The notes beneath the pieces were generated by a model. That model searched no databases. It saw only the letters and a program-made list of their open reading frames with translations, and was not told the DNA's origin. 64,000 bases of DNA, taken from the NCBI GenBank assembly GCA_963665615.2, contig CAXXQE010000001.1:513151-577150 (forward strand), written 5' to 3'. Source of the stretch: Syntrophales bacterium (lineage in GTDB: Bacteria > Desulfobacterota > Syntrophia > Syntrophales > UBA4778). Positions 28,056 through 38,075 of this stretch are shown here, piece by piece. Each line of letters starts with the position of its first letter. Position 1 is the stretch's first letter. A program made the position numbers and the translations under genes.

Positions 28056-29069
28056 CTATTCTTGTCCTTGCCTTAACCGTCTGAGGTCTTCGATTCGGCG
28101 CAGCCCCCCCTGTTTTTTCCGGATAGCGGCGCGTTCCAAATCGGTCAAGATGCAGCCAGCCATGCATTTCTCGGTACAGTGGCCCGTGCAAGGCTCAATA
28201 TGGATCGTCACCGTGGAATTGTCAAAGTGTTCCTTGATGGTGCCGGATAATTCCTGAGCGAAGCTGTGCGAGACGGCAACCGTCATATCGGGATCGACCT
28301 GGATATGAAAGTCGATGAAGCGCGTGCTGCCGGACTTGCGGGTGCGGAGGTTGTGATAGCCGTGCACAACCGGCTTGTGCGATTCAAGAAACTTGCGGAT
28401 CCAGCGATCCTCATTGGGCAGGTTTGCGTCCAGCAGATCTCGAGCGGCTTCGACCGTAAGCCGGTAGGCCGTCTTCATAATCAGTGCGGCGACGGCCAGG
28501 GCGCAAACCGGATCGATCCAGCTCAAAGGGTACTGGGGAAGGTATATTCGGCTCAACGCGATTCCGGTTAATCCGATCATGATGCCGGCCGAGGTATACA
28601 CATCGGTTCTCAGGTGCCAACCATCCGCCTGCAGCGCAATCGAATCGGTTTCACGTCCCACCTTGAAGAGTTGGTGCGATACCGCCAGGTTCATGACGGC
28701 GGACATGAGCATGACGGCGATTCCTAAGGGGGCTGCATGAATCGGTTCAGGATGCGTCAGCTTCAGGGCGGCCTCATAGATAATCCAGCCGCCTGCCAGA
28801 AAAATCAGGAGCCCCTCGACGGTTCCTGAAATGTTTTCGATTTTGCCGTGGCCGAAGGGATGCTCCTCATCCGCCGGTTTGCTGGATTTCCTCACGGAGA
28901 TATAGGCAATAATCGCTGCTAGAAGATCGACGCCCGAATGGATGGCCTCAGAGATGATGGAAACTGATCCAATCAGCAGACCGATGACCAGCTTGGAGAC
29001 GACCAGCGTGATATTGGAAATGACCGAGATGAGAGCAACGTTTTTTTTTCTTTTTTCGGAGTTGTTCAT
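28056..29069 (-). CDS. Cation diffusion facilitator transporter
   Basis: HSGVD, HPFGHGKIE, HLRTD, HIEP. Confidence 0.93.
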   Translation of the reverse strand: MNNSEKRKKNVALISVISNITLVVSKLVIGLLIGSVSIISEAIHSGVDLLAAIIAYISVRKSSKPADEEHPFGHGKIENISGTVEGLLIFLAGGWIIYEAALKLTHPEPIHAAPLGIAVMLMSAVMNLAVSHQLFKVGRETDSIALQADGWHLRTDVYTSAGIMIGLTGIALSRIYLPQYPLSWIDPVCALAVAALIMKTAYRLTVEAARDLLDANLPNEDRWIRKFLESHKPVVHGYHNLRTRKSGSTRFIDFHIQVDPDMTVAVSHSFAQELSGTIKEHFDNSTVTIHIEPCTGHCTEKCMAGCILTDLERAAIRKKQGGLRRIEDLRRLRQGQE

Positions 29070-29249
29070 GCCTTTTGCTTTCCGACCTCAAGCCGGCCCA
29101 GGGTGCGATGAGTGATGCGTTTAGGTTTATCTGATTTTGCCTGGGATCACAACAGCGATTCTGGGCGGAACCGCTAAAGACGAGCCTTGGGCGATAAAAG
29201 GCTTGATTTTAGAGACGGTTTCGTATAGATAACCCATTTTAATCACAGA

Positions 29250-29300
29250 AGGACTCCTTACTCGGATGCGATATCCGGGTTCAAGAGCCAAGAGGAGGTA
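29250..29300 (+). promoter_or_regulatory. Putative S6:S18 autogenous leader hairpin upstream of rpsF
   Basis: ACTCGGAT/ATCCGGGT hairpin flanked by CTCCT, which can pair with the AGGAG Shine-Dalgarno. Confidence 0.4.
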
Positions 29301-29305
29301 TTACA

Positions 29306-29782
29306 TTGAACAGGTACGAAGTTATATTCATTGCGCTTTCCGATCTGCCCAAGGAAGAGATTGATGTCCTGGTGGAGCGCTACAAGCAGATCACGGCCGA
29401 CTTTAAGGGATTGGTTGTTAAAGTCGAAAAGTGGGGCGTGCGCAAACTGGCCTATCCTATCAACAAGCAGGCCAGAGGCGCGTACTGCCTGATCGACTAT
29501 GTCGGAACTGCAGCAACCGTCAACGAACTGGAAAGAAATCTCAAGTATGACGACAAGATCCTGAGATATCAGACGGTCAAGAAGGCTGAAAAGGTCGATA
29601 TGGCCGAAATCGAAAAAGAGATATCGGGCGTAAAGGAAGAGAAGGTCGAAGAGCCCCAGCCTGAAGCCCCCCAGCCCGAAGCCCCAGCGACTGCACCGGC
29701 GGTGGAGGAGACACCGGTAGTCTCCGAAGAAGTCAAGACTGATGAAGTCGTCGAAAAAGTGGAAGAGGGGGTAAACGAATAA
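29306..29782 (+). CDS. rpsF: 30S ribosomal protein S6 with acidic Pro/Glu tail
   Basis: [20 protein letters not shown] start. Confidence 0.96.
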   Translation: MNRYEVIFIALSDLPKEEIDVLVERYKQITADFKGLVVKVEKWGVRKLAYPINKQARGAYCLIDYVGTAATVNELERNLKYDDKILRYQTVKKAEKVDMAEIEKEISGVKEEKVEEPQPEAPQPEAPATAPAVEETPVVSEEVKTDEVVEKVEEGVNE

Positions 29783-30087
29783 TGGCTTTCAATAAAACCA
29801 CTCCAAATAGAAATGGATCGAGTAGAAATGCATCAGGCAGATCTTCGGATGGCAGGCCCGAGAGAAGGGTCTTCCATCGACGCAAGGTGTGCCGGTTCTG
29901 CACCGACTCCAATGCCAAGATTGAGTACAAGGATCCGGGCTCTCTCAAGTACTTCATTTCTGAGCGCGGAAAAATCATTCCCAGAAGAATCACGGGGAAC
30001 TGTGCGCTACATCAGAGAGAACTGACGGTTGCTATCAAGCGGGCCCGGTCGATCGCATTGCTGCCCTTTGTTGTTGGCGACAACTGA
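29782..30087 (+). CDS. rpsR: 30S ribosomal protein S18
   Basis: [26 protein letters not shown]. Confidence 0.97.
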   Translation: MAFNKTTPNRNGSSRNASGRSSDGRPERRVFHRRKVCRFCTDSNAKIEYKDPGSLKYFISERGKIIPRRITGNCALHQRELTVAIKRARSIALLPFVVGDN

Positions 30088-30164
30088 TAGGCTGCCCTTC
30101 CGATCCGCCGTTTTTTGAGACGAAGGACGCGTATTATCAGGCATATCAGGAAAGAGTAAGCCCC

Positions 30165-31127
30165 TTGTTCGTTAAAAGAGAATTGATTGCGGGAACGGTT
30201 ATCACATCGGCCGCTTTTTTGACGATGGTTTTGATACCTGCAGCAGGTTTTCTTGTCGGCATGTTTGTGCCCTTGTCGGTTCTTTTTTTCTCCCGATCGA
30301 ATCGTGTCCAGGGCATCCTCGTCCTGGTACTGTCTCTGATACCGGCTGCAATTGTCCTTGGTCCCGCAAGCCTTTCAAGCTATCTGCCTGTATTAGCGGC
30401 CTGGGGGGGCCTGGGGATTGTTCTTTCGGAGTTTTTGAGAAGAGAATTTTCGATCGGCAAAACCGTGTTTTATACGGTGCTGGTGATCGTAGCGGCAGCG
30501 GTGTGCAGTATATTTTTTTTCGTTCTGCAGTCGGGGCAAGATCTCCACTTACTGGTCGAAAATTACGTTCGTCAAGGGGTTCAGGAGGGGCTTCGCGTTT
30601 ACAGTCAATCGGGTTTGACGCCGGAGCAGCAGAAGGTTCTCCAGAAACAGGCGCCCGAGATGATCCGGACGCTGTATCGCCTCTTCCCGGCGATATTGGT
30701 GATTTTTTCTATCTTTTTTGTCTGGATCAATTTGATGGCGGCCCGGCTGCTTTTTGCGATCAAGGGCGAATCAGGCACCATAACCGCCGATATCGGACAA
30801 TGGAAACTGCCGGACAAAATGGTCTGGCTGGTCATCGCTGCCGGCGGGATGATTCTCATCCCCATGGACAGCGCAAGGATCGCCGGGCTGAATCTGATCG
30901 CGATCTTCCTGTTTGTTTATCTCTTTCAGGGGTTGTCGGTCATCCATTTTTTCTTTGAGAAGAAGCGCGTACTTCTCTTTTTTAGAGGCACTTGCTATGC
31001 GCTCATATTTATTCAACAGATATTGTTGCTTTTCGTAATCATTCTGGGATTCTCCGATATCTGGATCGATTATCGAAAGCTTAATCGGAAAGAAGACCTT
31101 TCCGCTGACAATGGTGAAACACATTAA
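30165..31127 (+). CDS. YybS/DUF2232 family membrane protein
   Basis: Multi-TM, WKLPD, FQGLS, D.WIDYR; conserved position before rplI. Confidence 0.85.
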   Translation: MFVKRELIAGTVITSAAFLTMVLIPAAGFLVGMFVPLSVLFFSRSNRVQGILVLVLSLIPAAIVLGPASLSSYLPVLAAWGGLGIVLSEFLRREFSIGKTVFYTVLVIVAAAVCSIFFFVLQSGQDLHLLVENYVRQGVQEGLRVYSQSGLTPEQQKVLQKQAPEMIRTLYRLFPAILVIFSIFFVWINLMAARLLFAIKGESGTITADIGQWKLPDKMVWLVIAAGGMILIPMDSARIAGLNLIAIFLFVYLFQGLSVIHFFFEKKRVLLFFRGTCYALIFIQQILLLFVIILGFSDIWIDYRKLNRKEDLSADNGETH

Positions 31128-31140
31128 GGAGGCATGAGGG

Positions 31141-31587
31141 ATGAGGGTAATCTTGAAAGCGGATGTTGAATCTTTAGGGAAAACGGGAGACCTGGTCAAG
31201 GTTTCCGACGGTTATGCCAGAAACTTTTTGATTCCCCGCGGATTTGCAGCCGAGGCAAGCACCACCAACGTCAAGGCGCTTGAACGTGAACAAGCGATTA
31301 TAACCCGCAAAGCCGAGAAGGAAAAAAAGAATGCCGAGGAACTGTTAGCGCGCTTCGCCGACGTGTCGCTGACGATCGCGCGTCGAGTCGGGGCGCAGGA
31401 CAAACTGTTCGGTTCGGTGACGGCCAAGGATATCGAGGCGGAGTTGGCTGCCAAAGGCTTCCAGATCGACCGCAAGCATATCGTGCTGGCAGCAGCCGTC
31501 AAATCGGTAGGCGACTATCCCGTCAAGATCAAGCTGCATCCGGGGATCACGGCGGAGATCGTTTTGAAGGTCGTCGAAGAAAACTAG
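31141..31587 (+). CDS. rplI: 50S ribosomal protein L9
   Basis: MRVIL, GYARNFLIPRG, LFGSVT. Confidence 0.97.
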   Translation: MRVILKADVESLGKTGDLVKVSDGYARNFLIPRGFAAEASTTNVKALEREQAIITRKAEKEKKNAEELLARFADVSLTIARRVGAQDKLFGSVTAKDIEAELAAKGFQIDRKHIVLAAAVKSVGDYPVKIKLHPGITAEIVLKVVEEN

Positions 31588-31618
31588 CGGGTTTTTGTTT
31601 TAGTCAATAGGTCCGTTT

Positions 31619-32992
31619 GTGAAAGACATCGATCCCTCTCAGTTAAAAGTACCGCCCCAAAACCTGGAAGCTGAGCAGTCCGTACTTGGGGGGATTCTGC
31701 TGCATAATCAGGCCCTGAATCAGGTCCTCGAGGTGCTGAGCCTCGAGGATTTCTATAGTCAAGCTCATCGTCAAATCTTCGCAGCCATTCTGACCCTGTC
31801 CGAACGAAATGAGCCGAGCGATCTCATCACGCTCAGTAACGTCCTGAGGGACGGTAAAAAGCTCGAACAGGTAGGCGGCATGGCCTATCTGTCCTCCCTG
31901 GTCGACAACGTTCCGTCCGCGGCCAACATCTCCTACTATGCCAAGATCGTCAAGCAAAAGGCCATTCTCAGAAAACTGATCGGAACCGCTACCGAGATTC
32001 TGGAAAAAAGCTACAGCGGCAGCAACGGATCGGATATCGATGGCGTGCTCGATGATGCCGAGCATGCCATCTTCGAAATCGCCCAGAGCAAGATTCGCCC
32101 TGCTTTTTCTCCCCTCAAGGAGATCATCAAGGAGTCTTTCAAGACGATCGAGAAACTCTATGAGAAGAAAGAGCTGATTACCGGCGTCGCTAGCGGCTTT
32201 GAGCGACTCGACGAGTTTACGGCGGGCTTGCAGCGCTCGGACCTCATCATCGTAGCCGGTCGCCCCAGCATGGGCAAGACAGCCTTTGCCCTGAACATCG
32301 CGCAGCATGCAGCCATCCAGGAGGGCGTACCTGTCGCGATCTTCTCTCTGGAAATGGCCAAGGAGCAGCTGGCGATGCGACTCTTGTCGTCAGAGGCGCG
32401 GGTGGACGCGCAACGTCTCCGGAAGGGGTTTCTGGGTGAAACCGATTGGCCCAAGCTCACGGCGGCGGCGGGCAGTCTCTCCGACGCAATGATCTTCATT
32501 GACGACACGCCCGCGATCACCGCATTGGAGATGAAGGCCAAGGCCCGGCGCTTGAAAGCCGAGCACGGGCTGGGGCTCATCGTGCTGGATTACCTTCAGC
32601 TGATGCGGGGAAGCGATTCCAGCAGGGACAGCCGCGAACAGGAAATCTCCGAAATCAGCCGATCACTTAAAGCGCTGGCGAAGGAACTCAATATCCCCGT
32701 CATTGCCCTGTCCCAGCTCAACCGAAAGGTCGAGGACAGAACCAACCGTCGGCCGCAGATGGCCGATTTGCGCGAGTCCGGCGCCATTGAACAGGATGCG
32801 GACGTCATCATCTTTCTCTATCGGGATGAGGTTTACAACAAGGCGGAAGACAACCCCGAGAAAGGCATTGCCGAGGTCATCATCGGCAAGCAGCGAAACG
32901 GTCCCGTGGGAGTGGTGAAAGTGGCCTTCATGGAGCGTTACACGCGTTTCGAGAATCTGGCGACCAACGTGCCGGCTACATCAGATTATTAG
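31619..32992 (+). CDS. dnaB: Replicative DNA helicase
   Basis: PPQNLEAEQ, GRPSMGKT, DYLQL, DLRESGAIEQDAD, KQRNGP. Confidence 0.98.
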   Translation: MKDIDPSQLKVPPQNLEAEQSVLGGILLHNQALNQVLEVLSLEDFYSQAHRQIFAAILTLSERNEPSDLITLSNVLRDGKKLEQVGGMAYLSSLVDNVPSAANISYYAKIVKQKAILRKLIGTATEILEKSYSGSNGSDIDGVLDDAEHAIFEIAQSKIRPAFSPLKEIIKESFKTIEKLYEKKELITGVASGFERLDEFTAGLQRSDLIIVAGRPSMGKTAFALNIAQHAAIQEGVPVAIFSLEMAKEQLAMRLLSSEARVDAQRLRKGFLGETDWPKLTAAAGSLSDAMIFIDDTPAITALEMKAKARRLKAEHGLGLIVLDYLQLMRGSDSSRDSREQEISEISRSLKALAKELNIPVIALSQLNRKVEDRTNRRPQMADLRESGAIEQDADVIIFLYRDEVYNKAEDNPEKGIAEVIIGKQRNGPVGVVKVAFMERYTRFENLATNVPATSDY

Positions 32993-33173
32993 GCGCTTGA
33001 GCGCAAATCACCTTGCCGTCTCGCATCCCGCCTTCACGCCATCTTTCCCCGCACCTCAATCGCAAAATCCTCAACGTAGCGCTGCTACGCCTGCGGTTTT
33101 GCTCAATCGTTCCGTGAAAATCTGACGCCAATCCGGGCGCGATCCCTGGCAACGTGATTTGCGGACAAGCGCC
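32992..33173. mobile_element. MITE-like element with 20-bp terminal inverted repeats
   Basis: ggcgcttgagcgcaaatcac ... gtgatttgcggacaagcgcc (18/20 match); abuts dnaB TAG. Confidence 0.65.
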
Positions 33174-33196
33174 GAAAGATCGAAGTCGAAAATTTG

Positions 33197-33252
33197 AGAG
33201 GTTAAGACGTTGCGAGAGAAAACGCAGCGGCTTGACCTTTTTTTGTGTCCAC
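33197..33252 (+). terminator. Member of a repeated terminator-like hairpin family (also 34032-34084, 36991-37050)
   Basis: gaggttaag-acgttgcg...cgcagcgg-cttgacct followed by T-run. Confidence 0.6.
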
Positions 33253-33555
33253 CGCTGGCTTGTCGGCCCCGCTTTGCGGGGAGTTTCCAGTTCCGAGTTC
33301 AAAGTTTCGAGTTGCAAGAATATTGTGGTCATTGCGAGCGAAGCGAAGCAATCTTTATCGTTAATCCTGAAAAACACAAAAACGCGGTTGCGCTTCGGTT
33401 TCCCCCATGCCGGAACCCGGAAGCGGAACAGCGCTCTTCCGCCATGTCGCGAGAAAAACCGGTTCCGTCTGCCTTTGCTTGTTTGATTTTGGTATTAAAA
33501 CGGCGCAACAATAACGTCATTTGCGGTCAAACACTGAAATTGAGCAAAGACGAGG

Positions 33556-33584
33556 TTGACACACTCGGCAGCGTTCCCTATATT
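33556..33584 (+). promoter_or_regulatory. Sigma70-type promoter of dfx
   Basis: TTGACA-17-TATATT. Confidence 0.65.
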
Positions 33585-33627
33585 ACATTCCATAAGAAAA
33601 TGAACATCAACGATGAGGAGGCGTGCA

Positions 33628-34002
33628 ATGGCGAAAAAACTGGATATCTACAAATGTGAAGTTTGCGGGCATATCATCGAAGTCATCCATGAAGGCGTGG
33701 GGGAGCTTGTCTGCTGCGATCAGCCCATGAAGCTCCAGACCGAGAATACGGTTGATGCATCAAAGGAAAAACATGTCCCCGTGATTGAAAAAGTGGAGGG
33801 CGGCTATAAAGTGACCGTTGGCGCAGTGCCCCATCCCATGGAAGAAAAACACTACATCGAATGGATCGAACTGATTGCCGACGGCAAGGCCTACCGTCAG
33901 TTCCTCAGTCCCGGCCAAGCCCCGGAGGCATTCTTCTGCGTGAGCGCCCAAACCGTGTCTGCCAGAGAGTATTGTAATTTACACGGGCTGTGGAAGGCCT
34001 GA
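33628..34002 (+). CDS. dfx: Desulfoferrodoxin (2Fe superoxide reductase)
   Basis: [35 protein letters not shown]. Confidence 0.96.
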   Translation: MAKKLDIYKCEVCGHIIEVIHEGVGELVCCDQPMKLQTENTVDASKEKHVPVIEKVEGGYKVTVGAVPHPMEEKHYIEWIELIADGKAYRQFLSPGQAPEAFFCVSAQTVSAREYCNLHGLWKA

Positions 34003-34220
34003 AAAGGCCGAAGTTGAGAAGATCGGAAGTTGAGGGGTTGAGAAGCTGCGGGAACGCAGCGGCTTGGCCTCTTTTTTTGTCCACGGACAAGGTTGTTTTG
34101 ACCGCGAGTGTAAAGATAAACCCCTGTCACGAGTTTCTTCCTGTATGTGGCATCTGAAAATTTTGACGAGTCTCTCCCCTTGCGAGCGGCCATCAGCATC
34201 CGACGGCGCGGAAATAGCCC

Positions 34221-34249
34221 TTGACACCGAAAATCAGCGCTCCTATACT
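34221..34249 (+). promoter_or_regulatory. Near-consensus sigma70 promoter
   Basis: TTGACA-17-TATACT upstream of the 34354 ORF. Confidence 0.7.
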
Positions 34250-34353
34250 CACGAGCCGTCAGAAGCAATAACTTAAGTTAATTAATCAATGCAGCAAGCT
34301 TGTCGCCAGCGGGACTTCCCCTGCGTCGTCGGCTGCTCCGGAGTCGAGATCGA

Positions 34354-35619
34354 ATGAATTCCCCGCAATCCCGCGTCTACCTCGAACCACACCGCATTGT
34401 TGGAGACACCCTGGAAGTAGCCGCCTGCTTCGAGTCGGGCCGCAGCTCCGGGCGCGTGCATCGTCTCTGGTGGCGGCTCCCCGCGTCCTGGCGTGACGCC
34501 GTTACGCCATGGGCTGATCCGTTTGCGATCGCCTTCATTTTCCCCATGATGGAAGCAGGCTGTGACGTACTCATAGAAGGCCGCGTTTCGCCGTCGCTGC
34601 TCGGAAATATTGAGACCTTTATGGCGATCTGGCAGGCGTGGGAGCCGAAGCTCTACAAGCCAGTGCTTATCCGGGCCACCGAGGAAATCGAAGCGCCGCC
34701 GCCTTCCGCACCCGGCGAAACGATTATGCCCTTTTCCTGCGGCGTCGATTCCGCGTACACCGCCCTGCGGCACCACCGGCAACTCGTCGGTCGCCGCAAC
34801 CGCCGCATCGGCGCCGCTGTCGTAATGAATGGCTTCGACATCTGGCTCGATCAACCGAACGCCGCCGCCATGTATGACGGCGTGCTAAAACGCGCCCAGG
34901 CGATGCTCGGCAGCCTCTCAATCCCGTGCATCCCCATGAGCAATAACTACCATGAGCTTCCCACCGTCTGGGGTAATGGTTTCGGCACGCATCTGGTCAG
35001 CGGCCTGCGTCTGCTCGGTGCGCGTTTCGATGCAGCACTTGTTCCCAATAGTGCGCCGTACGCTGAACCGATTACACCTTGGGGGTCCACCCCGATGACT
35101 GATCCCTTATTGTCGAGCCGGCACTTTACCGTAATCGACGATGGTGGGGAGAGTTCGCGGGTCGGCAAGATTGAATTGATCGGAAGCTGGCCCGAAGCAC
35201 TCAAAAATCTGCGGGTTTGTTACGCGAATCCGGGTAGTCACGCTAATTGCTGTCTGTGCGAAAAATGCGTTCGTTCGATCCTGGCCTTTCGTCTCGCCGG
35301 CGTTCCGTTGCCGGCGGCGTTCGCATCCGATGTCACAAACCGTCAGATCAGCCGCGTGCGTTTACCACGACAGCTCAGTCTCGATCTCTGGAATGAACTT
35401 TTGCGGGCCGCCGAACACCGTGGCCTCAGTCGGGAGCCTTGGGTTCGGGCGATGCGCACGGCCAGGCGTCGATACTATCGACGTTGCCGGCTTGATTCGC
35501 TTAAGAGGCCATTCATTCCGCTACGAAATCATATTCGCACCCTGTTCCGCGGCTCGCCGCTGTCTCGCAGTGAGCGCGCCGCGGCGGCGCTGGCACGAAA
35601 ATCAGGCCATATTTCATAG
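34354..35619 (+). CDS. PP-loop (QueC-like) protein of unknown function
   Basis: FSCGVDS variant PP-loop; LRVCY...NCCLCEKCVRS; PWGS. Confidence 0.6.
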   Translation: MNSPQSRVYLEPHRIVGDTLEVAACFESGRSSGRVHRLWWRLPASWRDAVTPWADPFAIAFIFPMMEAGCDVLIEGRVSPSLLGNIETFMAIWQAWEPKLYKPVLIRATEEIEAPPPSAPGETIMPFSCGVDSAYTALRHHRQLVGRRNRRIGAAVVMNGFDIWLDQPNAAAMYDGVLKRAQAMLGSLSIPCIPMSNNYHELPTVWGNGFGTHLVSGLRLLGARFDAALVPNSAPYAEPITPWGSTPMTDPLLSSRHFTVIDDGGESSRVGKIELIGSWPEALKNLRVCYANPGSHANCCLCEKCVRSILAFRLAGVPLPAAFASDVTNRQISRVRLPRQLSLDLWNELLRAAEHRGLSREPWVRAMRTARRRYYRRCRLDSLKRPFIPLRNHIRTLFRGSPLSRSERAAAALARKSGHIS

Positions 35620-35650
35620 AGCGTCTGTATCCGCTCAAACTTGAACTTTA

Positions 35651-36892
35651 GTGAAAGGAAGAAGAATTAAGGCTTTGCGAACCAATTTTTTTGCGAATCA
35701 TTTTCGATTTATCCAAAAATGGCGGACTCAGAAGAGAAACGTAAGAATCAATGTGTTCTTGAATTGCCAAAACTTATCCGCTCTCCCGAATGCGTCGAAT
35801 GAATCCGATCCAAAGAAAATACTGTTCATTACTGATGCCCTGGCATCTCACGGCGGAGTTGAAAACCGCTTAAAGCATATCGTGGCGAATCTTTCCGGAG
35901 GGCATTGGGAAGCATTATTTTTGACAGAAGAAAATAAATACCCTCCCTTAAAAGATTTTAGAAATTTTACGCTGAAGTTTCGTGCGGATAATTTGGGAGA
36001 ATGCCTTTTAGATATCGTTCGAGCACACAAGATAGACGTGGTGGAGTTTCAATTCAAGTATCCAAGATACCTGCGTTTTATAGACATGAAAGAACTGCGC
36101 CGACTCTGTGTCGTCGGTTGTACCGTAAACGGATTTGACAAGAGCATTTCGCGTCGGATGTTAAAAAAATTTGATTACCTCATTTGCGTTTCGACGGATC
36201 TTGTCCAACGATATACCAAAATTCCTTCCGAATGGTTTCACATTCTGTACAATTGTATAATCCCTGAACCACGCTTGTGGCGCTTTAACAATCAGAAAAC
36301 AGCGATTCATGTTTCACGCATATCGGATGAATACGAAATCAGAATCTCCGGATTTATCGATTTTTGCAGGATCAGGGACATCCCTTTTGAAATCGCCGGC
36401 GAACGGGAATCGGAAAGCGCAAAACGGGTCATCGATCGACTGCGGACCAGATACAAGATTCCCGATGCTGCCTTTATCGGCAGCATCGACACCGTGCCTT
36501 TTTTAAAGGAAAATATCACCCGCTATCTTTTTGTTGCCGGATGCGGCCATACTGCCCTTGAAGCCGGGATTCTCGGCTTTCCGGTTTTCATTACGTCGTC
36601 AACAAGTTCCATCCCCCCCGTCTTTTTAACGCCCGATAATATCGATTATTTTCTGGATAGAAATTTTACAGTTCGTGAAAGAGAAGTGCTCGCAGGCAAT
36701 CCTTTATTTATAGACTCTCCGGGGGCGATGGAAGAGGCCTCCCTATGCATACATAAATTCATAATGGAAAACAGAAATCTCAAAACAGAACTCACAAAAT
36801 ATCAGGCAATCCTGCACGCAGCTAGTGCCAAAAAACAAAACCGGCCGCATAACCAACTTAACGACCTGGCACCGGTCGAAGTGATGGAATAA
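35651..36892 (+). CDS. Glycosyltransferase-like protein (GT-B), AT-rich; start uncertain
   Basis: KILFIT..GGVE, LICVS, HVSR, ALEA..LGFPV. Confidence 0.65.
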   Translation: MKGRRIKALRTNFFANHFRFIQKWRTQKRNVRINVFLNCQNLSALPNASNESDPKKILFITDALASHGGVENRLKHIVANLSGGHWEALFLTEENKYPPLKDFRNFTLKFRADNLGECLLDIVRAHKIDVVEFQFKYPRYLRFIDMKELRRLCVVGCTVNGFDKSISRRMLKKFDYLICVSTDLVQRYTKIPSEWFHILYNCIIPEPRLWRFNNQKTAIHVSRISDEYEIRISGFIDFCRIRDIPFEIAGERESESAKRVIDRLRTRYKIPDAAFIGSIDTVPFLKENITRYLFVAGCGHTALEAGILGFPVFITSSTSSIPPVFLTPDNIDYFLDRNFTVREREVLAGNPLFIDSPGAMEEASLCIHKFIMENRNLKTELTKYQAILHAASAKKQNRPHNQLNDLAPVEVME

Positions 36893-37232
36893 TATACCAG
36901 AAACTCTATATTAAACTGTCTTCTTAACAGAAAGCTTGCGCCTGCCCCATATAGGCAACCCCTTTCACAAAGACAGAATTTCAAAGACAAAGAGGTTGAG
37001 ACGTTGCAGGAGCGCAGCGGCTTAACCTCTTTGTTTTTTTACCTGTGCACCGATGACCACTGTTGGCGTTGGATATGTTTAATCACCGGAGCGAGATACC
37101 CGGCCGATGCTTTCAAGTCTGCGGAAGGACGATCTGGACGATGGCTTTCTGTCATTCTTTTGCAGTTATTCTTGTAGGACTCAGTGGATTCCAATGAAGA
37201 ATCATGATAGGGGGAATCAGTGCTGGCAATAT

Positions 37233-37411
37233 GGGTCCGGGGTTATTATACGGATCCGCATAACATCCCGACTGAACTGGTAGAGAATGAGACGATTCAC
37301 TTCAGCAAACAGTTTATTAGACTTAAAAGGTAAAGTGACTTCAAGAGGTGTTGTGCCGCAATAATTGCGGCGTTTGAGTTTTTATACAGATCTATATAAA
37401 CACTGTTGGCA
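37233..37411 (+). other. Putative integron attI region, array A
   Basis: Homologous to 55768-55944; ends in identical tatacagatctatataaacact-GTT followed by cassettes. Confidence 0.7.
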
Positions 37412-37563
37412 CGGACGCTTCGCGCCGCGCCAACGGGGCCGCGTCTTGCCATTCGCCGATTGCCCGGCGCTATGCGCCTGGCCAACCAGCGAATGCAGCG
37501 GTCGCCCGGTCCCGCGAGCAAGCTCGCGATCCCGTTCGCCGCTGATACGCGGCCTCGTTAGCT
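37405..37563 (+). mobile_element. Gene-less integron cassette with attC (GGCCAAC 37480 ... GTTAGCT 37563)
   Basis: Inverse core/core pair and palindromic arms; ~92% identical copy at 59814-59972. Confidence 0.8.
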
Positions 37564-37579
37564 GAGAAGGGAGTCAACA

Positions 37580-38002
37580 ATGACAGCGAAAATATTGTTT
37601 TTTACCATTGTAGCGTTTGTTGTTGCATTTTCAACATCTCTTGCGTTGGCCACTGATCAGCCCTCTACAACATGCACTACTAATGGCACATTCGACAAAG
37701 ATAAGTGCAGCCAGAAAGCAATGTGGATCGCAGTCGGAACGGTCGCAGATGTCCAAATCTTATCATATCCTCAAGACCTTTCTGTAACACAATTCACACT
37801 TCAGATAAAAGAATGGGAGAAAAAGGAACATTGGCTAATGAATAAAAAAGAAATCAAGTACCTGCATTGTCATTCAGGCCGTTGTCTGCAGCCTCTGCAG
37901 TCTGGTAATTTGGTGCGCGTTTACGGAGGCAAAACAGTCAAGAACCGTCCAGACCACCGTTATTTCCCCTATTATGTGGAAACTCTTAATGCAGAAAAAT
38001 GA
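37580..38002 (+). CDS. Cassette-encoded exported hypothetical protein
   Basis: Signal peptide; bounded by GTTAGCT (37557) and complementary AGCTAAC (38012). Confidence 0.75.
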   Translation: MTAKILFFTIVAFVVAFSTSLALATDQPSTTCTTNGTFDKDKCSQKAMWIAVGTVADVQILSYPQDLSVTQFTLQIKEWEKKEHWLMNKKEIKYLHCHSGRCLQPLQSGNLVRVYGGKTVKNRPDHRYFPYYVETLNAEK

Positions 38003-38011
38003 CCATAAAAC

Positions 38012-38052
38012 AGCTAACCCGGCGCTAGAGTTGATACGCGGCCTCGTTATGT
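38012..38052 (+). other. Short (41 bp) internally deleted attC
   Basis: AGCTAAC...GTTATGT; right part tgatacgcggcctcgtt identical to the preceding attC. Confidence 0.65.
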
Positions 38053-38075
38053 GTAGGAAGGAGATAGAGAAATAG

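Noticed and set aside
33154..33659. ORFs 33154-33486, 33210-33659, 32976-33377 and 53200-53607
   Set aside because: They run through MITE/REP repeats and a promoter and have no protein-like features.
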